Assembly (NCBI GenBank): GCA_046761065.1
Contig: JBHIFL010000042.1
Coordinates: 1-37,142 of the forward strand
DNA length: 37,142 nucleotides
Direction: 5' to 3'
DNA from: Candidatus Heimdallarchaeota archaeon
Lineage (GTDB): Archaea > Asgardarchaeota > Wukongarchaeia > Wukongarchaeales > JBHIFL01
Below are positions 10,324-18,236 of this stretch, piece by piece; within the stretch, counting starts at the first letter, position 1; each line of letters begins with the position of its first letter. Below the pieces are notes generated by a model, which worked only from the letters and a program-made list of their open reading frames with translations, was not told the DNA's origin and made no database searches. The translations under genes were made by a program, and so were the position numbers.

Positions 10324-11153
10324 GATTTCTCCACTTCTGATCCAAGGAACTCATGTAACGCCGGTGATTTTTCTTGAGCAAGTTTGCTCAGGACTATAAC
10401 CTCTTTATATGGAAAGTAACCCGTTTCTCCCTTTTGCGCAGCTACAATGTTTCCTTCATTAGTCACCGCAAATGTAATTCTCGTATCCATTACGCGTTCC
10501 TCTGCCAGGCAGGGATCAAGGATTTGATAGTTGTTTATGCGTGCAAAAGTGGTTGTCACAGGGATTTTTTCTTTCTCAAGTGGGAGTGGAATACGTTCAT
10601 CTAAAAGCTCCACTTCTCCAGTATTAGCGTTTACTTCACCTTTTTTGATTTTTGTATTAAGGAGCGCCGCAGCGGCGCCTAGCGCGGATGCATCAAAGAG
10701 ATTTCCGTCATGATCTAAGATGTAAACATCTAGAAATAAAATTCGTACCTTCTCCCCTGGGATAAACACCATAGTCTCTGACTTGATATCAATGCATTTT
10801 GATTCTCTAATGCCTCGATCCACAACCCGGGCAAGTTCAATGGCATTTTCATCGGGAGGTCCAGGTTCGAAAGTGGGTGAAGCCAAAGGTATAAATTCTG
10901 CAGTAGTTGTGAATACTGCTTGATCGGGAGTATCTGGGAACGGAGGCCCTATATCTGTCTTCACACCAGCCACAACTTGTGTATTTCCCAGTTGAACACG
11001 CGCAGAGCCTTCAGCTTTTTCAATCAGTCCCACTTCAATTTCAATAGGTCGGATTTGCTTAAGTGTTCGTCCATCACATCGTTTTCCATGATCTAGAAGG
11101 GAAATTATGTGCCGCCGCTCGATCTCACTTACAACTTCGTTGGAACTACTCAT
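10320..11153 (-). CDS. rrp42: Exosome complex subunit Rrp42
   Basis: RNase PH fold: R.DGR, KAEGSARV.LG.T, PFPDTP, FEPGPPDENAIELARVVDRGIRES, DHDGNL.DA. Confidence 0.96.
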   Translation of the reverse strand: MSSSNEVVSEIERRHIISLLDHGKRCDGRTLKQIRPIEIEVGLIEKAEGSARVQLGNTQVVAGVKTDIGPPFPDTPDQAVFTTTAEFIPLASPTFEPGPPDENAIELARVVDRGIRESKCIDIKSETMVFIPGEKVRILFLDVYILDHDGNLFDASALGAAAALLNTKIKKGEVNANTGEVELLDERIPLPLEKEKIPVTTTFARINNYQILDPCLAEERVMDTRITFAVTNEGNIVAAQKGETGYFPYKEVIVLSKLAQEKSPALHEFLGSEVEKS

Positions 11154-11158
11154 TTATT

Positions 11159-11944
11159 TTAGTCCTCCTCCATTTCTTCCTCTACCAAGAGGTCTGCCTT
11201 TACTTCTTGTCTTATATCAGCATATTTTTTTGCGATGGTTTTTCGTTGAAGCTCATATATTTGGTTAATTCCTTCAATCGCTAGATTGAAGGCTTCCTCG
11301 AATTCTGCTTGGGTAAAAGTGCCGTCCAACTGCAATAATGTTACTCTCTTGTTGCGAGGCATGATTGCAATAGGCAGATCACCCTCTCCTTCTTTATCTT
11401 CAACATCACTTAAATCAAGAACAATTTGTCCGTCTACTTTACCTACAGCGACAGCACTAATAAGATCCCGAAGTGGAATCCCTGCATTAGCTAAAGCCAG
11501 CGATGCCGCGTCGATACTTGCACATCGAGAGCCTCCATCCGCTTGGAGAACTTCGATGTAGATGTCTATAGTAGTCCGAGGGAAGTATTCAACAAAGATC
11601 GCGGGCACTAAGGCTTCACGTATCACCTTGGAAATTTCAATTTCTCTCCTCGCAGGTGCCGGACTCTTCCGATCTTCAACGCTGAAGGTTGCCATTCGAT
11701 AACTACATCTTACGAATGCACGATCCGGCAACGCATAGTGTTTGGGGTGAAGTTCTCGGGGTCCATATATGGCTACTACGATTTTGTTACGCCCCATCTC
11801 AATGAGTGCTGAACCATCCGCACGATTCAGTACATCAACTTCGAAGTGAACCGGACGAAGTTCCTTTGCTGTTCGACCATCCAGTCGGATTCCGTCTTTG
11901 ATTAATTGTTTCGGTTTTTCCTGATTATCAGATTTCATTTTCAT
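11159..11944 (-). CDS. rrp41: Exosome complex exonuclease Rrp41
   Basis: RLDGR...ELRP, ADGSA, YGPRE, RREIEISKVIREAL, VLQADGGSR, ED..GEGD active site. Confidence 0.97.
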   Translation of the reverse strand: MKMKSDNQEKPKQLIKDGIRLDGRTAKELRPVHFEVDVLNRADGSALIEMGRNKIVVAIYGPRELHPKHYALPDRAFVRCSYRMATFSVEDRKSPAPARREIEISKVIREALVPAIFVEYFPRTTIDIYIEVLQADGGSRCASIDAASLALANAGIPLRDLISAVAVGKVDGQIVLDLSDVEDKEGEGDLPIAIMPRNKRVTLLQLDGTFTQAEFEEAFNLAIEGINQIYELQRKTIAKKYADIRQEVKADLLVEEEMEED

Positions 11945-12662
11945 GTCTTCCCGTTTGTATTTTTTCTTTTTCTTCGCGAATAAGTTCTGTTACGCGATCA
12001 GTTAGCCCCGATGTGTGCGCTTCTCGTTCAATTTTCCGTAACGCAAGTACTACGAGGAATTCATCTTTAAAACGTCTCCCTTTTATCCAGATCCGGCCGT
12101 TCTGTCCTACTAAGATTCTGGTTTTTGTTTCTCTCTTGAGCATGTTAATCATGGATCCCTTGCGTCCTATGATACGAGGAATCTTTGTCGGGAGAATTTC
12201 AATAATTCTTCCGCCCGTGAGTTTTCCTAATCCTCGTTCTTGTGTGTTAAGAAGTGGATCGCGAGTTCGATCAAAGATGATTACTTTAGCAAAGATTACA
12301 TCCCCAACATTCAGAAATTTCGTGAGATCCTCTTCTCTAGCATAGAATCCTCTTTCACGATTCCGTGCCAAAAAATTGGAAACGCTGAGAATCCCTTCAT
12401 AAGCAGCCCGGATATCCACATGCCATGAGGTAAGACCCACTCCGGTAACTATACCGATAATTATGTCTCCCTCTGCTGGATAATAGCTTCCTTGGAGTGG
12501 CACTACACTAACGGTATTGGTACCTCGAATATCTGCTAATCCCACTACCGAGCTAAAAATTTCATCACCTTCCCGGAAAGTTCCTCGCAAAGCTCGATAG
12601 TCCCCTTTGGCGAGTTTGTCACCTGGGACCACTATAGAATTTTGTTCAACAAAGATAGGCAA
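11928..12662 (-). CDS. rrp4: Exosome RNA-binding subunit Rrp4 (start reassigned to TTG 12662)
   Basis: VVPGD, Y.P..GD.IIG S1 domain, KIPRIIGRKGSMI KH domain, GQNGRIW, AHTSGLTDR. Confidence 0.95.
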   Translation of the reverse strand: MPIFVEQNSIVVPGDKLAKGDYRALRGTFREGDEIFSSVVGLADIRGTNTVSVVPLQGSYYPAEGDIIIGIVTGVGLTSWHVDIRAAYEGILSVSNFLARNRERGFYAREEDLTKFLNVGDVIFAKVIIFDRTRDPLLNTQERGLGKLTGGRIIEILPTKIPRIIGRKGSMINMLKRETKTRILVGQNGRIWIKGRRFKDEFLVVLALRKIEREAHTSGLTDRVTELIREEKEKIQTGRHENEI

Positions 12663-12703
12663 ACATGTCACAATCCTTTTTAATTTGAACGATCTTACAT
12701 TAC

Positions 12704-13459
12704 TCAAACTTGTCTCTCTACAATTTTTGTTTGAACCTTTCCTTTTGTAAAATTGTTCACTTTCTCTAGGAAACTTCCAGTCATCCCTCCTGGGATATTA
12801 GCAAGAACAATCCATGAGCCATCTTTTCCCCATTCCTGTTTTTTTATTTCGCCAAAGCTTTCAACGATACCATAGGCTTTGCCTGCAAACTCTGGTGGAA
12901 ATTTCAGTGCCACTATGACTTGTTCCAAGCGAATGGGGATTAATGGTTTCAATGATTTAATGGCTTCTTTTGCTTGGCTTGGTGCATCTCTTAGTGGGTC
13001 AATTGAGAAGCCAACTTGTTGGAGAGCATTTTCGATCCGCTGGGGTGGGTGTGGTATTCCAGTCTGAGGGTTGATAGCATTCCTTGTGATGATATTGATG
13101 ATCTGTTTGCGTTTCTCTTCAGTCATTCGGTTACGCTGCTCAGCGGTGAGTTGTAGCTCACCTTTTTGAAGAATTCTCTTGGCAACTTCTTCGGGATCCG
13201 TAGTTCCGAAGAGCTCTTCTTGAAGGTCTTCAGAAGCCTTTTCCCCTTTTGTTGCATTCCGAAAGACAATGTAACCTTCAAGGATTTCTTCCATAGGAAT
13301 TTCTTGTCCCTTTTTGAATGCATAAGCTTTTTCCGGATCGACAATAACTTCGAATCGTTCCCCATGGGTTTTCAGTCGTGCAATAGCTTTTCCTTCAAGA
13401 TCTTTTCGTTCTCCCGGCCCCTTTGCACCGGCTCGTATTCCCATTAATATTCCCACCAT
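12704..13459 (-). CDS. sdo1: Ribosome maturation factor SBDS/Sdo1 (start probably ATG 13459; ORF track start 13546)
   Basis: ARLKTHGERFEV, LFGT.D, LQLTAEQR, INPQTG.PHPP.RIE.A, C-terminal RRM-like domain. Confidence 0.93.
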   Translation of the reverse strand: MVGILMGIRAGAKGPGERKDLEGKAIARLKTHGERFEVIVDPEKAYAFKKGQEIPMEEILEGYIVFRNATKGEKASEDLQEELFGTTDPEEVAKRILQKGELQLTAEQRNRMTEEKRKQIINIITRNAINPQTGIPHPPQRIENALQQVGFSIDPLRDAPSQAKEAIKSLKPLIPIRLEQVIVALKFPPEFAGKAYGIVESFGEIKKQEWGKDGSWIVLANIPGGMTGSFLEKVNNFTKGKVQTKIVERQV

Positions 13460-13902
13460 ATCTTTGGCTCCCAACTTTCCAATCTCTATCACAAGATCTT
13501 GAGGAGATGAATCCTGGACTCCTCCTTTATTCGGATTAACTACCATTTGGGCAGCCCATCAACTTCAATCTTTTTTAATTTCTTCTTTTTTCGCTCGCAG
13601 GAATTGCTTCACGCATTTCTTTTTTTGAATGTCGAAAGTGACAAGGAATAAGAATCGAAAAGAAATTAGTTCAGTTCTCTTCATTGGAAGACTAGTTGAG
13701 TATATCCTTATATCATTCGTATGTTTAATATAGATTGACTTACTATGAGATAATCCTATTCCTCATTTTTTATTAATGAAATATGTTGACTCTTTTTATC
13801 TAATGATGTTGTATTAGCAAAAAAATGGTAAATTTTAGCTTCACCCATACTATACTCACTTAAGTTTTCGACAAACATGTTAGGGTTTTTTTGATTCAGC
13901 GG

Positions 13903-14322
13903 TTATTCAGAAGGCTCTGACAAACCTAGGTAAATTGTAAAGATGAGAATGAGAACTATTGTAAGAAGACCTCCCCACCAAGAAAGAAGTAGACCTCCAA
14001 TTGCAAAAGTGATAAGTCCACTCACTATCACATCCAAGATGCCAGGTACTTGTCTGAACACCTCACGAATGGCAGCGATGCCCACTGTTAAAAAAAAGAA
14101 GAAAAATCCAAAACAAATTATTCCCAAAATATCTATTACTGTTAGGTCTCCTAGTCCTATCTGATTTAGAAACCATGGAACTGGTTCTCCCTCTTCGGGG
14201 CGTGGCCACAATATCAACAAAAATCCAAGTACAACAAAGAAAGCTGTAAATCCTAAACTTAATATTATTGTACGATTTACTTTGTTTTTCCAGATTCTTT
14301 CATGAAGAGATGATATAGACAT
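13903..14322 (-). CDS. Small 4-TM membrane protein, unknown function
   Basis: Four hydrophobic segments; GAGG RBS upstream of the start. Confidence 0.7.
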   Translation of the reverse strand: MSISSLHERIWKNKVNRTIILSLGFTAFFVVLGFLLILWPRPEEGEPVPWFLNQIGLGDLTVIDILGIICFGFFFFFLTVGIAAIREVFRQVPGILDVIVSGLITFAIGGLLLSWWGGLLTIVLILIFTIYLGLSEPSE

Positions 14323-14665
14323 CTACTATCCCTCTATAAAGTTCATTTAAATCCTGTTTTAAATTTGTTCAATCGACCTGACTCTTTTGAACTTTGTATT
14401 CAACCGGAAAAGAAGAATCTTCAGTAAAGATTTAAAAGTGTTGTAACTGTCTTTTATTGCTTCAAGTATTACTCTCCTCATTTTCCTTTCTTCACGAAGT
14501 AAACTTTATTCTTCCTGATGAAGAGGACTTCCTGATAAATATCCTATTTGTCAGTTTTCCAAGTCGAACCTCTTTGTTCTGTTCTCTGTAATTAGAAAAG
14601 AATAAAAGTTTCTTTGCAAGTAATTTCAAAATATAGCATATTTATTGAGATCTGAGGTACAATCA

Positions 14666-14860
14666 ATGTCGGAAAAAAGCTACCCAAAGGCAATCCCACC
14701 AGATACTTATGTTTGTCAAGACTGTAAGGCGCGCTTTCAGAAGGCAGAAACAGTTGAAATTACTGAAGATGATATTATTATCACACGGAAACGGTGTCCC
14801 AAGTGTGGGGGAGAGAATCTTGTCATCAGTTGGTGGATTGATGGACCTAAGAAACAATGA
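14666..14860 (+). CDS. Zinc-ribbon microprotein (64 aa)
   Basis: YVCQDC and RCPKCG knuckles; GAGGT RBS before ATG 14666. Confidence 0.7.
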   Translation: MSEKSYPKAIPPDTYVCQDCKARFQKAETVEITEDDIIITRKRCPKCGGENLVISWWIDGPKKQ

Positions 14861-15403
14861 AATTACGAAATAATTCGTTGTTTCACTTTCCAGAATTAAT
14901 TAATCTTTGATTTCATTCCAAACATTTTCATGATATTTGTAGCTAAATTGACATAAGAGCGGAGTCGGGTGTGTGAATTTTCTTAAAAAGACGTATTACC
15001 ATTATTACAAGATTAATATTCTGAAAAACAGTTAATATTCCATTTAATCATTACCATAAACCCTTTATGACGTTTTAAGAATGAATTAATCGTCCTTTCT
15101 GCTGTTAGAAGATATAACGGTTTTTAGACACTCTCTTTAAGAATAAATCGTACAACGTGTCTATTTCTGAATTCTCACACGATTACAATATCTTTTTTTA
15201 TTTGTCCAATTAGGATTGTAAAATAGGAAATAAATCCCCAAAATGAATAAGGTATAAATTGCAATAAAGAATGTAATCCCCTCGGAGATTTTGCCGAATA
15301 GATTGGTAACAAGCCTCATCTGAAATTTGAACTTGAACCTACATCAGTTGTAAAGTGCGAATAAAATGCAAAAGAACTAACTTTCTTTGATAATGCAGAG
15401 GAT

Positions 15404-16132
15404 GTGATTGAATTGAAGGTTCTTGTCACAGGAAGCTACAACGCGGGCAAGAGTTCCTTTATTGACCGGGTAACTCGAGGGACAAGTCTTAGTATTGATC
15501 GTGCTGGAACAACCGTCGCGATGGATTATGGGGTGACATCCGCTTTTGGAGTAGATGTGCATCTCTTCGGCACGCCTGGTCTTGAACGGTTTAATGTCTT
15601 ACGAAAGGTCTTGGCACAGGGCGCGGATGGAATCATTCTTATGATCGACAGCGCAGATCCTGCATCTTTTATCGAAGGAAGTACTATCTACGAGGAAATC
15701 ACATCGTATCTTCCTAAAGCCCCTGTAATTGTTTGTGCAAACAAAAAGGATCTCGAAAAGGCGTTATCTCTCAAAGAATTAGGAAAAAAACTCCAATTTG
15801 CAAAAGATAAGATTATGATTGAAACTAGCGCAGTGACAGGTGTCGGAGTGGATGATGCTATCAAAATTATTACACTTGCTATCCTCCGGAAGTTACAAGG
15901 TACACTTCGAACAGTAGAACGTGTAGGGAAGAACGGTTTGAAGGCTATTGCGAAGGCTTTGGGGGAGGATGAAAAGGAAGCACGATTTCTCCTTCAATGG
16001 CTTTCTTGGAGACGACTATTAATTGCAGATTGGGATCAAATGCGATTTTCTTTGGCGCCACGGGTTCGTCAAATTGTTGAAATATTCGAAATTGTTGAGC
16101 AACGAAAAATTCTTGACAAGCACACAAAGTAA
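15404..16132 (+). CDS. MglA/Rab-like small GTPase with C-terminal winged-helix-like extension
   Basis: G1 GSYNAGKS, G2 TTVAMDYG, G3 FGTPGLERF, G4 NKKD, G5 TSA; extra ~75 aa C-terminal domain. Confidence 0.88.
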   Translation: MIELKVLVTGSYNAGKSSFIDRVTRGTSLSIDRAGTTVAMDYGVTSAFGVDVHLFGTPGLERFNVLRKVLAQGADGIILMIDSADPASFIEGSTIYEEITSYLPKAPVIVCANKKDLEKALSLKELGKKLQFAKDKIMIETSAVTGVGVDDAIKIITLAILRKLQGTLRTVERVGKNGLKAIAKALGEDEKEARFLLQWLSWRRLLIADWDQMRFSLAPRVRQIVEIFEIVEQRKILDKHTK

Positions 16133-16228
16133 TGGATTTCTCTTGTAATTAGCTGACTAGATTCACACTTTCTTCATCCCGGGTTGTAATCCATAAGACT
16201 TAAAAGCTCTCTTGGGGAGGGTTCTTTT

Positions 16229-16296
16229 GCGGGGATGACTGCGCCACCCCATTTCTGAGTCAGAAATGATGACCTTGCGACAAGAGGATGACCCGC
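16229..16296 (+). ncRNA. Box C/D-like (K-turn) sRNA candidate
   Basis: Terminal stem GCGGG/CCCGC, C-like GGGATGA, D' CTGA (16255), C' ATGATGA (16266), D-like ATGA (16288); TATA-like CTTAAAAG ~25 nt upstream and T-tract downstream. Confidence 0.55.
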
Positions 16297-16312
16297 ACTG
16301 CCGTTTACTTTT

Positions 16313-16693
16313 TTATTGAATACTATTACCTGCAAGATATTTCTTTTGTACTGTTTTCATTGTACCACTGATCCTCAATACACTGAAGCATGCTGGTTTA
16401 CCATTGATATCAGAAATAAATGCTAATGCAGTTCTAATTATATTTGTACTCTGGTGATTCGTTCGTAAACTTCCTCTATATATGTGGAGTTTTGAGAGTT
16501 CCTTCATAAGATTGGTCTCTTCTTCTAAAGTTATGTTTTTTAGTGCTGTTAACCAGAGTCCAGTTTTACTGGACCCACTTTCCCCAAAAAGCGCGGAAAT
16601 TTCCCTCCATATCGTATATATAAGTTCCCTGAATGTGATCTCATAACTGCTTAAAATCTCAAAAATAATATAGCGGGTTCGTTCTGTTTTCAC
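16313..16693 (-). CDS. rnp2: RNase P protein Pop5/Rpp14
   Basis: R.RYI.F, LFGE.G, R.AL.FI..ING, L.ISGT.K motifs; follows rpp30. Confidence 0.88.
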   Translation of the reverse strand: MKTERTRYIIFEILSSYEITFRELIYTIWREISALFGESGSSKTGLWLTALKNITLEEETNLMKELSKLHIYRGSLRTNHQSTNIIRTALAFISDINGKPACFSVLRISGTMKTVQKKYLAGNSIQ

Positions 16694-16735
16694 GTGTGCT
16701 ATACCTCCGCTATTCTGATCCTTTACATCATAAAT

Positions 16736-17431
16736 TCATAAATTCAAAGCGATCTTCTCAAGTCTTTCCTGAACGATTTGGACTGGTGTTTCGGAAATCG
16801 CTTCAAGCACCTTATCGTTAGGAAGTCCTAATAGGTCTGCAATTGCCATTACTTCCCGTTTCCTACGGAGTTCAAATATAGATGTTGCTCCACTTGAAAT
16901 TATCAGCTTTATTCGTTTCCGAAGAATTAAATCAATAATCTTGTAGTAGTTTCGGAGTAATTTGGAGCGTTGTGGCCCATTTACTTTGAACAGAGGTGCA
17001 TAAATTAGTTCGACAGGTTTATCATAGTTTTTTAACAAATTCGCTAGCCCCTCATCAAAAACCTCTTTCTGGGTAGGATCAATCGCTATGAGATCCACTC
17101 GATGATCGTGAGTAGCCCATTTACAGACGTTTGGCTCATTTGTCTCAACAGCGATTATTAATGCCCTTTGGCGGTTTCTCGCTAACAAGTGCTTTATCTG
17201 AGGAATTTTTTCAGCTTTTATTGATAAACGAGAAAAGAAGTTGAGTCCGGCTTTTTGAACCATGTATACTCCCTTTTCAGGTGAAAAGTAAGGGCTAGAG
17301 GCATCTATACCCAGTCCCGTTAGTCTCAATCGCTGAGCTACAATGATATACTCTCGCAGAGAAGCCCATTTTTGTGTCTGAGCTACGTGAATATAAAGAT
17401 CGTAGTGTTCAGTCAAAGAATCATGCCTCAA
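16736..17431 (-). CDS. rnp3: RNase P protein Rpp30
   Basis: D.RVDLI, G..RSKLL, IISSGA.S.FELR..R, LLGL....A.S..P. Confidence 0.85.
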   Translation of the reverse strand: MRHDSLTEHYDLYIHVAQTQKWASLREYIIVAQRLRLTGLGIDASSPYFSPEKGVYMVQKAGLNFFSRLSIKAEKIPQIKHLLARNRQRALIIAVETNEPNVCKWATHDHRVDLIAIDPTQKEVFDEGLANLLKNYDKPVELIYAPLFKVNGPQRSKLLRNYYKIIDLILRKRIKLIISSGATSIFELRRKREVMAIADLLGLPNDKVLEAISETPVQIVQERLEKIALNL

Positions 17432-17897
17432 TAAGCCCTAAATCTGCCAATTTCTCTTTAATCTTCTCAAAATTCTTGATATACTGTTTAAACTTTATTT
17501 TTATGAGGATTATGTTGTCTCCTTGGGCTAAGATGGCTTCATCTAGATAGGCTTTCTGTTTATCAACCTTCATATAGAAAATATTGTCTTTATCAATTCT
17601 TTCAATAAATTCGCTTGTCAATTTCTGCTTATCCATGGGACTAAATCTACTTACTAGATTTGTCAGAAAATTAAAAATTTGATCTGTTTTTTCAATTCGT
17701 AAGTTTAAAAAGATCACAGGATTGCCGTGATGTCCGCTAAATGCAGTTTGTTTGATGGCAGTATTTTCTATAGTTGGAGGAAGCAGATTTTGAAATGCTG
17801 CTAAGACTTTTTCTAGATTTTCTGTCGCATGAACACTTCCTGCAAGTTCGACCCACACAATTTCGGTTAAACTTCTCCTTTTTTTGTGATGAGGCAC
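17421..17897 (-). CDS. DUF54-type RNA-binding protein of the exosome superoperon
   Basis: VHATE..EKV..A, GHHGNP, Y.KVDKQ.AY, GD.I.IKIK. Confidence 0.88.
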   Translation of the reverse strand: MPHHKKRRSLTEIVWVELAGSVHATENLEKVLAAFQNLLPPTIENTAIKQTAFSGHHGNPVIFLNLRIEKTDQIFNFLTNLVSRFSPMDKQKLTSEFIERIDKDNIFYMKVDKQKAYLDEAILAQGDNIILIKIKFKQYIKNFEKIKEKLADLGLIEA

Positions 17898-18236
17898 ACA
17901 TAATCCCTCATGATCGTATTTATTGGTGAAAAACGTTCTAAAGCCTCAAAAAGACATGAGGAGTAAGGTTTAATGCGTTATTTGATTTGAATTGGAAGTT
18001 CTAGCTTACTTAAGAGAGGGTGGAATACCCTCCGTCGCACCTAAACGGAATATGCGGAAGTAGCACCTCTTACCAATCCCATAATGTTTGGCAATTTCTT
18101 CATCCACAACGGAAAATATGTTATTTGTGTTTAGGGAGATATATGTCCATTATTTGGAAAAAGTTAAGTCTCAAGTTCTTATTCAGCTTTCATTTATGTA
18201 AGAGTTGTTCCTCGAGTAGGATGGATGGTGAGATGA

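Noticed and set aside
14666-14860. Zn-ribbon protein as displaced RNA polymerase subunit Rpo12
   Set aside because: Lacks the RILxKxR motif after the second knuckle and has a longer spacer
16229-16296. RNase P RNA or tRNA next to pop5
   Set aside because: Too short for RNase P RNA, no GAGGAAAGUCC-like P4 motif, no cloverleaf or T-loop
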